Positions 35,506-43,529 of a stretch of DNA of 43,529 nucleotides are shown one piece after another (the first letter of the stretch is position 1; the number at the start of each line of letters is the position of its first letter). This DNA comes from a virus. Lineage: Duplodnaviria; Caudoviricetes. Both the position numbers and the translations under genes were made by a program. The stretch covers positions 1 to 43,529 of IMG/VR virus record IMGVR_UViG_3300016659_000160. One strand, 5' to 3'. The notes under the pieces are model-generated. The model saw nothing but the letters and a program-made list of their open reading frames with translations. It made no database searches and had not been told where the DNA came from.

Positions 35506-36747
35506 ATGTCTCGCCGAAATGAAGAAGTTGATTCCAAGATTGCCAACGGATGTGTACATCTTTACAACAATATGTACATGATTCCTTTTGATGCCATTAG
35601 AACGCCTGACGATGAAGAAACTGAAGGTCGATATTGCTTCCGTAATCCACGAACATTGATTGAGCGTGGTCAAGCTGATTTGCTTGACAGGAAACTTAGT
35701 GCTGATTTGCGTGAAAGCATTAAAAAGAATACCCTTCTTAATCCATTAGTGTGCCGATGGGTTTATGATGAACAAGATGATTGTTATCACCCTGTTATCG
35801 TCGGAGGAGAACGCCGCTTCAGGGCGCTAGACTTTTTAATTCGCAAAAAAGAAACTGTAAAAGACCCTCGTCAAGCTGTTGTTGGACAAATCAACAATAG
35901 TACAACCACAGCAGATATTGCATATGCTATGGTTCCATGTCAAATTTACTCATGTGATGATGATCTTGATGCTCTTGCTTTAAGCTGGGCAGAAAACAAA
36001 AATAGAATAAATTTGACTGACGGGCATGAGATTGCAGAGGTTATTAAGTTGCGTCAGGCTGATGCAACCGATGATAAGATCATAGAAATTTTACAGCAAG
36101 ATCGTCGATGGCTTGCTGAAACAGATAGGTTGATTTTGAGTCTTGATGCTAATACCTTAGCAGACTTGTTAGAGGGTAGAATTGACCGAGGTTCTGCTGT
36201 CAACTTGTCTAAGGTTGATCCAGCCGTAAGGGACGAAGTCCGTGAAGCTGCAAATAATGCTGCTCAGGATGTTTTTGAGCGCAGAGCAACACGATTAGAA
36301 AATATAATCGAATCTGCTGTTGAACGACAAGAAATTGCCGAAGCAAATACTGTTTTGGCAAACACACCTGAAGCACAGCAAGAAGCAGCACAGGAGGTAG
36401 CTGAAACAAGGGCAGAAATTAACACGATGAAAAGACGAAGAGAGCGTCTTCGTCCTCAAACTACAAGCAAGCAAGTTCTTCGTGCTACAGAAGAAGTAAC
36501 TGGAACGACTCGTCGCAGAAATAGCACCCCACGCACTCCTCGCACTAATGACACCAACACTCAACTGTTGGAAGAAATGAGGACATATCTTACTGATCTG
36601 ATCAGGAAAAATGGTCGCTGTCCAGACAATAGTTTTACAGCGCAGATTGATTCTCTTAGATTACTTCTTCGTGTAATCAACGAGAATCTAGCGCAAAATA
36701 TTGGTGATTTGGAATCAACTTTGAAAAGACACTACGGATCAAACTGA
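35506..36747 (+). CDS. ParB-like protein with long coiled-coil and Arg-rich C-terminus
   Basis: NPR, LRESIKKNTLLNPLVCR, IVGGERRFRA, AENKNRINLT; AAGGAGG RBS. Confidence 0.85.
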   Translation: MSRRNEEVDSKIANGCVHLYNNMYMIPFDAIRTPDDEETEGRYCFRNPRTLIERGQADLLDRKLSADLRESIKKNTLLNPLVCRWVYDEQDDCYHPVIVGGERRFRALDFLIRKKETVKDPRQAVVGQINNSTTTADIAYAMVPCQIYSCDDDLDALALSWAENKNRINLTDGHEIAEVIKLRQADATDDKIIEILQQDRRWLAETDRLILSLDANTLADLLEGRIDRGSAVNLSKVDPAVRDEVREAANNAAQDVFERRATRLENIIESAVERQEIAEANTVLANTPEAQQEAAQEVAETRAEINTMKRRRERLRPQTTSKQVLRATEEVTGTTRRRNSTPRTPRTNDTNTQLLEEMRTYLTDLIRKNGRCPDNSFTAQIDSLRLLLRVINENLAQNIGDLESTLKRHYGSN

Positions 36748-36763
36748 TTTTGTCGTGATTTGC

Positions 36764-36800
36764 AAAAAAACCCAAGGCAATAGCCTTGGGTTTTTTATTT
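36764..36800 (+). terminator. Rho-independent terminator (bidirectional-looking)
   Basis: AAAAAACCCAAGGC-AATA-GCCTTGGGTTTTTT. Confidence 0.88.
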
Positions 36801-36821
36801 TAGATACATAAATAGTGGAAG

Positions 36822-37127
36822 ATGATACTAGTTTGTCCACATTGCGGTTCTGATTTGCACCATGAGCTTAAAGATGGTTTAACTCAATGTGCAAAATGCA
36901 ATCAACTTGTAGAATCTTCTGATTTGCATCAATTGTTGTCTGCATCTTGGTTGGTAAGGAAAAATCATTTTTCATTAGAACAGCTTAAACACCATTTAAA
37001 AATAGACGATGAATTTGCTATTTTAGTATATACATTTGTAAATGAACATAACTATTCACACCAAGATTTTATCGCATTATTGAAAAAATTAGGTGTTGCA
37101 AATAAATCTTACATAAAATACGAATAA
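36822..37127 (+). CDS. Zn-ribbon hypothetical protein
   Basis: CPHC...CAKC; CATAAATA box just upstream. Confidence 0.7.
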   Translation: MILVCPHCGSDLHHELKDGLTQCAKCNQLVESSDLHQLLSASWLVRKNHFSLEQLKHHLKIDDEFAILVYTFVNEHNYSHQDFIALLKKLGVANKSYIKYE

Positions 37128-37172
37128 AGCCACGAATTAGCGTGGTTGGGCTTTATTGTATTTTATTTAAAT

Positions 37173-37400
37173 TCAAGCTGTTTCTGCTGAAATTTGACCG
37201 ATAGGAGCACGGCTGTCAATTTCCAAGGATTCGCCCCTATCAAGTTCTGATCGTAAAACTGTAACCTTTTTATTTGCCTCAATCCCTAATCGGACTTTAT
37301 TACGATTGTCAATTCTTACAACCGTGATTTTGATGTCCTCTTCAATGCCGGGAACCTTCAAAATGATGGTTTCATCCTTTTTTCTACTGAGTACGAGCAT
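37173..37400 (-). CDS. csrA: Carbon storage regulator CsrA, paralog 2
   Basis: MLVLSRKKDETII...ITVVRID..KVRLGIEA...VLRSEL; AAGGA RBS. Confidence 0.92.
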   Translation of the reverse strand: MLVLSRKKDETIILKVPGIEEDIKITVVRIDNRNKVRLGIEANKKVTVLRSELDRGESLEIDSRAPIGQISAETA

Positions 37401-37612
37401 TGTTACTTCCTTTCGTTGCCTGAATCCTTGAGCCAAGCTGTACCTTGTATTAAGTTAGTTCGGTAACAATTTTTTCACCGATTAAAGGATTTTTTCTTTG
37501 CATATGGTTTACATCAGAATTTAAACGGGATAATAAATAGATGTTCCGAAAGTTGTGTCATGCCGATTGGCTCGATGGCATGATTTAAATAAGAGCCTTT
37601 AGGAGCTCCGTC

Positions 37613-38074
37613 ATGTCTAACCAGTTTCATGTTGAATTAGCTTCTTCTCGTAGTGAAGTAGCCAAACTTGAGAAGCGTATTCGTTTGTTGGAAGAACTGG
37701 TCGCTTTAGAAAATGAGCACGGCGAAACCGATCATCATATCGTTGCCACGGCAACCGAAATCGCTGACGCACCTAAGCGCAGGGGTCGTCCTCCTCGCCA
37801 AACTCAAAATCAAACTCATAGCAATGCTCATGCTGCTGCTGCTGCAAAGTCTATGACCTTGCCCTCTCTTCTCATAAGCATTGGAAGTCAAAGCTCTGGT
37901 CCTCTTACGATTGCTGAAATCAGTCAACTCGTAGACCAAGCTGGTTATAAGTCCAAGAGCGAAGACCCCGGCTACATGATCTACCAGAGCCTTTACAAGC
38001 TTTGCAAAAAGGGCGTTTTCGAGCGTGATCGTCAGGAAGGTTCTTATCGTTTCATCGGTGTTGAACAAGACTGA
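37613..38074 (+). CDS. Putative nucleoid-associated DNA-binding protein (coiled coil, AT-hook, winged HTH)
   Basis: N-terminal heptads, KRRGRPPR, PLTIAEI...AGYKS...IYQSLYKL..KG...GSY. Confidence 0.7.
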   Translation: MSNQFHVELASSRSEVAKLEKRIRLLEELVALENEHGETDHHIVATATEIADAPKRRGRPPRQTQNQTHSNAHAAAAAKSMTLPSLLISIGSQSSGPLTIAEISQLVDQAGYKSKSEDPGYMIYQSLYKLCKKGVFERDRQEGSYRFIGVEQD

Positions 38075-38095
38075 TTTTTGTTGAAAATTAAATTT

Positions 38096-38130
38096 AAGGC
38101 ACCCCTTTATGGGGTGCCTTTCTTTTTTTT
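38096..38130 (+). terminator. Rho-independent terminator
   Basis: AAGGCACCCC-TTTAT-GGGGTGCCTT plus T run. Confidence 0.88.
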
Positions 38131-38189
38131 CCAGAATACATATTTCAAGTTCTCACTTTTGGTGGTAAGATTATACAGAGGAGTCAATT

Positions 38190-39476
38190 ATGCCTAAGAA
38201 TCGTAAATCTCGTCTGTGTGATTACTGTGGCAAATCAAGCAGCGATGTTGAACTTTTAGTTGAAGGTCCAGTTGCTGAGAAGGAAATGAATGGTAGGCCA
38301 ATAGGAACACGCCCATATATCTGCTCAACTTGTATTGATTCTTTAAGAAACATGATTATTCAAAAAAGTAAAACGCCACAGGTGGATTTTTTGCCCACCA
38401 GCATCCCTAGTCCTCGACAAATTGTTGAAATACTTGATCGTTCAATTATTGGACAAGATGCAGCAAAAAAGGCATTGGCTGTCGCTGTCGTAAATCATTA
38501 CAAAAGATTGCAAGATTTAAGTAATAAGAATGACTTTGATTACGAAAGCGACAATCCTTTTACCGATGTGTCACTCGAAAAAAGCAATATTTTATTGATT
38601 GGGCCAACTGGCTCTGGCAAGACTTTACTTGCCAGAGGATTAGCGCAAATTCTTCAAGTCCCATTTGCTATTGGTGATGCTACCACTCTGACCGAAGCAG
38701 GATATGTCGGCGAAGATGTTGAAAACTTGGTTCTTAAATTGCTTAGAGAAGCAGATTTTGAAGTCGAATTGGCACAAACTGGCATTATCTTTATTGATGA
38801 AATAGATAAGATTGGAAAGACAAATCATAATGTATCGATTACCCGTGATGTATCTGGCGAAGGTGTTCAGCAATCACTTCTAAAAATGATTGAAGGTACT
38901 GTTTGTAATGTTCCTCCCGGTGGTGGACGCAAGCATCCCGAACAACAATTCATTCAAGTTGATACCACGAATATTTTGTTTATTTGTGGTGGAGCGTTTG
39001 TTGGATTAGATGAAATTATCAAAAAACGAATTGGTAAGCAAACGATGGGATTTTCAAGCTCTTCTATTGATGAAGATGAATGGATTCTCGCAAATGTCAC
39101 GGAACAAGATTTGATTGAGTATGGGATGATACCTGAGTTTGTTGGAAGACTTCCTGTAATAAGTCCTCTCAAAGCTCTTGACAAAGAAGCCATGATAAAG
39201 ATTTTAACAGAGCCTAAAGATGCTTTAGTTAAACAATATCAGAAGATGTGTTATGTTGACGATGTAAAACTTATGTTTACCAAAGAGGCTTTGGAAACAA
39301 TCGCAGAAATAGCCTTGGAAAAAGGCACGGGTGCTAGAGCCTTAAAAAGTGTCATGGAACAATTTATGATCGATATAATGTTTGATTTATCTGAGCATAA
39401 AGGCGAGAATGTAATTGTTTCTAAAGAAGTAGTAAAAGGTGAAAAGCCAGTTTGGACAAAAAATAAGGCTGCGTAA
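38190..39476 (+). CDS. clpX: ATP-dependent Clp protease ATPase subunit ClpX
   Basis: N-terminal C4 Zn finger, [50 protein letters not shown] loop, TGARAL. Confidence 0.97.
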   Translation: MPKNRKSRLCDYCGKSSSDVELLVEGPVAEKEMNGRPIGTRPYICSTCIDSLRNMIIQKSKTPQVDFLPTSIPSPRQIVEILDRSIIGQDAAKKALAVAVVNHYKRLQDLSNKNDFDYESDNPFTDVSLEKSNILLIGPTGSGKTLLARGLAQILQVPFAIGDATTLTEAGYVGEDVENLVLKLLREADFEVELAQTGIIFIDEIDKIGKTNHNVSITRDVSGEGVQQSLLKMIEGTVCNVPPGGGRKHPEQQFIQVDTTNILFICGGAFVGLDEIIKKRIGKQTMGFSSSSIDEDEWILANVTEQDLIEYGMIPEFVGRLPVISPLKALDKEAMIKILTEPKDALVKQYQKMCYVDDVKLMFTKEALETIAEIALEKGTGARALKSVMEQFMIDIMFDLSEHKGENVIVSKEVVKGEKPVWTKNKAA

Positions 39477-39501
39477 CTCTTGTATTATAAAGGATTTTGA
39501 T

Positions 39502-40146
39502 GTGAAACCAAACTTAAGAATCATAGGCGATGTACATGGAAATATAAAAAAATATAAATCTCTCGCAGAAAAAGCGGAGTTTTCTATTCAATTGGGAGAT
39601 TTAGGGTTTGATTATTCTTTGCTAGAAAACAATTTTTCTTCCAATATTCATAAAGTTTTAGCTGGCAACCATGATAATTATGAACAGAGGGATGGCGTTT
39701 TTATCAATCAAACCAAGCATTTTCTCGGAGATTATGGTGTTATTCAAGTGCCTAACATAGGTGATATATTTTTTGTTCGTGGGGGCAGAAGTATCGATGC
39801 TGCCAGCCGTGTGCTTGGTGTTGATTACTGGTCAGAAGAAGAATTGTCTTATGAACAAGCAAATAAGGCAATTGAATTATACAAACGAGTCGAGCCTGAT
39901 TTCGTAGTATCACATGAATGTCCTGAATCTGTAATAAATTATGTTTCAAATTTTGACAGTTATTTTGTTAAGCCAAGTTTTACTGCAAAATTGCTGCAAG
40001 CAATGTTAGATGAACATAAGCCCAAAGTTTGGTTTTTTGGGCATCATCATAAAAGGTTTTTGAAAGTGATCGACAACACGGAATTCAATTGCCTTGATGA
40101 ATTAGAGTGTTGTGACATTTACGAGTGCGGAGAAGAGGTAAAATGA
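39502..40146 (+). CDS. Calcineurin-like metallophosphoesterase
   Basis: GDVHG, QLGD, GNHD, SHECP, FGHHH. Confidence 0.9.
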   Translation: MKPNLRIIGDVHGNIKKYKSLAEKAEFSIQLGDLGFDYSLLENNFSSNIHKVLAGNHDNYEQRDGVFINQTKHFLGDYGVIQVPNIGDIFFVRGGRSIDAASRVLGVDYWSEEELSYEQANKAIELYKRVEPDFVVSHECPESVINYVSNFDSYFVKPSFTAKLLQAMLDEHKPKVWFFGHHHKRFLKVIDNTEFNCLDELECCDIYECGEEVK

Positions 40147-40754
40147 ATTACATCGTTGCTACTGGATTTGATCAGACTGCTTGGGACAAATATGGTTTAA
40201 ACTGGATCAGACATGCCAAATCTGAATCGCTTGAGGCGATTATTGTCGGTAACGATCTTCCTAGCCAATCGGTTGAGAAGATAAATGAGCTTGGCTTTAC
40301 TTATCTGCCTGTTGAATATAAATTCAATATAAAATATAATTTTTATTATACTTTGCTTCAGAAATTGCAAAAAGGCCAAAGGTGTCTTTGGACAAATCCT
40401 GTAATTTTGCCTAGGGCTGACATCGAAGCAAATGTTGATCTGGTCTGTGGTATTTCAGATTTTGGTGCTGAATATCTCACATCAAGCGTAGTAAATCTTT
40501 ATGATCGTGCAGCGATGATTCAATCTCTCAATGAATCCATTCGCCAAAAACATGGTGGATTTTTATCAAGCGAATATATTTTGGGAACCCATGATTTTTG
40601 GAATGGTTTTGTAGGATGCCAAACTTATTTACACGAAAGACAATATATCGATGCAAATCCGACATCTGATGATTTGATTTTGAACTTTTTTGTTGCTTTT
40701 GCTAATTCGATATCTTGCAAGGTAGAAAAATATCCAACTAAGGAAGCAGCATAG
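40143..40754 (+). CDS. Hypothetical protein (possibly degenerate GT-A fold)
   Basis: 203-aa ORF; IVATG..., DDLILN. Confidence 0.55.
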   Translation: MNYIVATGFDQTAWDKYGLNWIRHAKSESLEAIIVGNDLPSQSVEKINELGFTYLPVEYKFNIKYNFYYTLLQKLQKGQRCLWTNPVILPRADIEANVDLVCGISDFGAEYLTSSVVNLYDRAAMIQSLNESIRQKHGGFLSSEYILGTHDFWNGFVGCQTYLHERQYIDANPTSDDLILNFFVAFANSISCKVEKYPTKEAA

Positions 40755-40870
40755 TGGACATACCGATTCATGAAGTTTTTTTCCATATAGGCTCATTTGT
40801 ATTCTTTATGGTTGCCATGACAATTATTTGTTTATTGATATCGGTTTTTGAAGAAAGAAATGAGGATTAA
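40754..40870 (+). CDS. 38-aa single-TM peptide (not in the ORF track)
   Basis: GTG start after AAGGA; MDIPIHEVFFHIGSFVFFMVAMTIICLLISVFEERNED fills the gap exactly. Confidence 0.55.
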   Translation: MDIPIHEVFFHIGSFVFFMVAMTIICLLISVFEERNED

Positions 40871-41296
40871 ATGCTTCTGTTTGTCTATGGTACTTTAAAA
40901 AACGGATTTAGTAGGCAAGGCGCTTTATCCGGTCAAAGATATTTGGGGACAGCACAGACTAAACAAAATTATGGTATGTTTACGCATGGTGGCTATCCAG
41001 CTATGGTTGATGAAAAATTAGCCGAACAGTCAAATGTCCAAGCAACAAAGAGCTTATATGGCGAATTGTATGAAGTTGATGAAATATGTTTGCAAAACCT
41101 TGATAAAATAGAAGGCGTTGATTTTGATTTGTTTGAAAGAAAAATTGTTGAACTTGAGCATTTGCATTTGATGAGGTTGCCAATTTTTCAGAATACTTTT
41201 AATCTTTTAGAAAAGAAACAAGCCCAAGCATATTTTTTTAAGAGAAGCGTTACAGGATGTGCAGATTGTGGCTCATTCTGGTCTAGGAGAACCTGA
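40871..41296 (+). CDS. Gamma-glutamylcyclotransferase (AIG2/YtfP-like)
   Basis: LFVYGTLK, YPAM, GELYEVD..L..LDKIEG...FER. Confidence 0.9.
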   Translation: MLLFVYGTLKNGFSRQGALSGQRYLGTAQTKQNYGMFTHGGYPAMVDEKLAEQSNVQATKSLYGELYEVDEICLQNLDKIEGVDFDLFERKIVELEHLHLMRLPIFQNTFNLLEKKQAQAYFFKRSVTGCADCGSFWSRRT

Positions 41297-41649
41297 TGGA
41301 AGTATTTATGGGGTTTTTTTGCGGGATAACATTGTCTTGTGTTTTATTTTATTTTCTTTGGTCTTTTTGGAAAAATCAGTACGAAATCGTTAAGCGCAGT
41401 AATATACTTGAAGATTTAGAACTTGCGACAAATGATCAATTATTAAATCAATTTAGAAGTAGACCGAATAATTCATATATAATTTTGCTTCCCATCAAAG
41501 ACGATGATGAGCAAGGAATAAAAATTGAATGCAATAATTTTTCACCGCCTGATAGTGTTTCTTTATTGCATCTTGCCACAAGTCTTATGAGAAGAGAACT
41601 TAAACTCAGAGGAATCGCCTTACCCGATTTGCCAGATTTAGATGAATAA
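41296..41649 (+). CDS. Membrane-anchored hypothetical protein
   Basis: N-terminal TM; DLELAT..QLL..F..R. Confidence 0.65.
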   Translation: MEVFMGFFCGITLSCVLFYFLWSFWKNQYEIVKRSNILEDLELATNDQLLNQFRSRPNNSYIILLPIKDDDEQGIKIECNNFSPPDSVSLLHLATSLMRRELKLRGIALPDLPDLDE

Positions 41650-41661
41650 TAAGGACTCATT

Positions 41662-41982
41662 ATGGCTCTTGTTGTTGATCCCCACACAAATGACCCTTTA
41701 GAACAAAATATAACTCTTTATAAAAGTTTAATTTATTTGTCTGATATTTATAGAAATTATGAAGATTTAGATAAATCTGTGGGATGTTTAAAAAAGTGTA
41801 TTGGACTGAGTGAGTCCGACGATCATCTTGAAAGACTTGCCGATATTTATATGGAAAAGGGCTTTAAACAAGAATTTCTTGAAGTCACGAAATTGCTTTT
41901 TTCAAAGCGACCGGATGATAAGCACATTAAAAAAATACATAATTTAGCTTGTATGCTTAACAACATACAATCGGCTACATAA
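41662..41982 (+). CDS. TPR-like helical protein
   Basis: LSDIY...D.S..CLKKCI, LADIYMEKG. Confidence 0.55.
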   Translation: MALVVDPHTNDPLEQNITLYKSLIYLSDIYRNYEDLDKSVGCLKKCIGLSESDDHLERLADIYMEKGFKQEFLEVTKLLFSKRPDDKHIKKIHNLACMLNNIQSAT

Positions 41983-42053
41983 ATTTTTTATAATTTTTTT
42001 TTGGTTGATTTAAAAAAACACAGATATATTTCCAATAGTTTGGAGGTATATCG

Positions 42054-42995
42054 ATGACGATTGAAGCAAGAATACAGAAGCTTAAAGAAGTTCCTCTGCG
42101 GTTTTTTTATCATGAGTCATTTGATGATTCTAAAATGACGCAGGAAATATTAGACATCATGCCAGATCATGAGAATTTCAGTAAGAGTTGTGCTAAAATA
42201 AGTAAAATTAAAAAGAACAAAATAAATCCAGAAATGTATCCTTGTTATGAAGCCGCCTTGCTTACATTTAAACAAGAGCAACATCTTTTTAGAAAAATGA
42301 ATTACTTTAAGTATTGTGCAAAAAAGATTATCGATTCATTTGCCATAAAAAAACCAGATTATAACCTAGTAGAACAAGCAGAAAAACTTGTTGAAAGTTA
42401 CTTTGAAATAAGAAATCAAATCAGCACTTGCAATTTTCGTTTGGCGACACAAATTATGAGACATCGCAAAGCTGGCAAAGAAAAGGTTGATACTGACACA
42501 ATATTGAGCGATGCATATGTGGATGTGATTAAAGCTGTCGATTATTTTAACTGGACTTATGGGCACAGATTTTCGACATATGCAACTTGGGTTGTTAAAA
42601 AAAATTACTTCCGTGAACATAAAAGCAAAATGGCACAATCTGAAAAATCATCATCTATTGATGAATCATGTATTGAGTTCATAGATCATAAGTCAAGCAG
42701 TCTTGCCGATGAAAGAAAGCAAGATTCAAGACAAATTCTCATCAAAAAGCTGATCGGCATCATGGTTAAGGAAAATTTAGGAACTGATCGAGTTCGCCAA
42801 GCTTATGTGTTGGAAAATTATTTTGGGGTAAATGGCAGGGAGAAGAAAACTTTGGAGCAAATCAGTAAAGAAATCGGCGTTACAAAAGAAAGAGTGCGAC
42901 AATTAAAAGAACATGGACTGGAATGGATTCAAAAGCGAGTTTCTGATATGTCTCTTGAGTATGATAATGATACGCCTCATGAGACATTGTTCTGA
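42054..42995 (+). CDS. RpoD/RpoS-like sigma-70 factor of Planctomycete type
   Basis: LLTFKQEQHLFRKMNYFKY, NFRLA, KAVDYFNWTYGHRFSTYATW, KTLEQISKEIGVTKERVRQL. Confidence 0.92.
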   Translation: MTIEARIQKLKEVPLRFFYHESFDDSKMTQEILDIMPDHENFSKSCAKISKIKKNKINPEMYPCYEAALLTFKQEQHLFRKMNYFKYCAKKIIDSFAIKKPDYNLVEQAEKLVESYFEIRNQISTCNFRLATQIMRHRKAGKEKVDTDTILSDAYVDVIKAVDYFNWTYGHRFSTYATWVVKKNYFREHKSKMAQSEKSSSIDESCIEFIDHKSSSLADERKQDSRQILIKKLIGIMVKENLGTDRVRQAYVLENYFGVNGREKKTLEQISKEIGVTKERVRQLKEHGLEWIQKRVSDMSLEYDNDTPHETLF

Positions 42996-43034
42996 TAGCG
43001 GAAAAATTTTTTGGCAGCTTTAAAATTTGAACCC

Positions 43035-43177
43035 TCCTTTGCCGAAGTAGGGTTGTGCAGCAGAAAAAATCTGATGTACAACCTGCTACTCCGGTGGTAG
43101 GATTGGTTGTCGTTAAGTCGCTGGCCTGTCCCCTCTATTGCTGAGAAAGGACAGTATTTTCGCCAAACGATTTGCGA
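43035..43177 (+). ncRNA. Candidate structured RNA/leader with three hairpins
   Basis: Long imperfect hairpin 43035-43102; CTGTCC/GGACAG 43126-43154; TCGC..AAA/TTTGCGA 43160-43177. Confidence 0.4.
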
Positions 43178-43199
43178 TATATGTTTGAGGTTGCCTACA

Positions 43200-43529
43200 A
43201 TGGCGAACAACAAGTCTGTTAACAACAATGAAAACGCTGCTGATTCTCTTCGTCAGACTGCTGCTGAAGGGCAAGGCGCAACTCGTCGTGCATCTTTGTC
43301 GCAGCTAAATGCTTCGGGCAAGAAGACCACCAAGGCTACGAGCTGCAAAGAAAAGGCTGAATGGGTGATGGAACTGACCCCAGAAGCGAAAGCGACTGCT
43401 CTGCGCTGGTTGTCAGCTAAGGCTGTCTTGGGACCGATCAAGTCACGGGAAGAGAACTGCAAGGCGGAATTCACCGAGTATGGCACTCGTAAGGTGGCGG
43501 AACAGATTTTCGCAACCAAGGGCAAGGTA
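43200..43529 (+). CDS. Hypothetical protein, 3'-truncated by the window edge
   Basis: GAGG RBS; open frame MANNKSVNNNENAADSLRQTAAEG... to the end; GC-richer codon usage. Confidence 0.7.
   Translation, partial: MANNKSVNNNENAADSLRQTAAEGQGATRRASLSQLNASGKKTTKATSCKEKAEWVMELTPEAKATALRWLSAKAVLGPIKSREENCKAEFTEYGTRKVAEQIFATKGKV

Noticed and set aside
37706-38068. Minus-strand 120-aa ORF
   Set aside because: Antisense shadow of the DNA-binding protein gene; no recognisable motif
43253-43525. Minus-strand 90-aa ORF in the track
   Set aside because: Shadow of the + strand ORF starting at 43200, which has an RBS
1-43529. Stop-codon reassignment, as in some huge phages
   Set aside because: Conserved genes are full length in code 11, and TAA, TGA and TAG all end genes at expected positions
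1-43529. CRISPR array, integrase or reverse transcriptase
   Set aside because: No regularly spaced direct repeats and no such protein motifs seen

Overview
An AT-rich, densely coding segment, mostly on the + strand, that reads as part of a large (jumbo/huge) dsDNA bacteriophage genome in the standard genetic code. No capsid or terminase gene lies in the window, so this call is an inference. Phage-type genes include PhoH, dUTPase, a C5 DNA methyltransferase, an HNH endonuclease, a putative amidoligase, a GGCT, two metallophosphoesterases, virion-like proteins and tRNA-Arg(UCU). These are mixed with many short orphans and a striking set of host-type regulators: three sigma-70 factors, two CsrA paralogs, ClpS, ClpX, DnaJ, MscL and a GlsB-like protein. 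Several of these look Planctomycetota-like, so that is the inferred host. The most notable signals: (1) a second ORF with its own RBS nested in the +1 frame of the methyltransferase, resembling the M.EcoHK31I alpha/beta arrangement; (2) several non-coding structured RNA candidates: a leader in front of three lectin-fold paralogs, a kissing-loop leader, a promoter/terminator-bounded sRNA and a long-hairpin leader at the right end; (3) unrelated proteins sharing a T4-like N-terminal capsid-targeting motif, together with TAAATA-type late promoter boxes; (4) a CsrA-type GGA hairpin on the SD of a phage csrA; (5) an internally deleted TnpB element. All calls come from motif recognition by eye; no database searches or folding programs were run.
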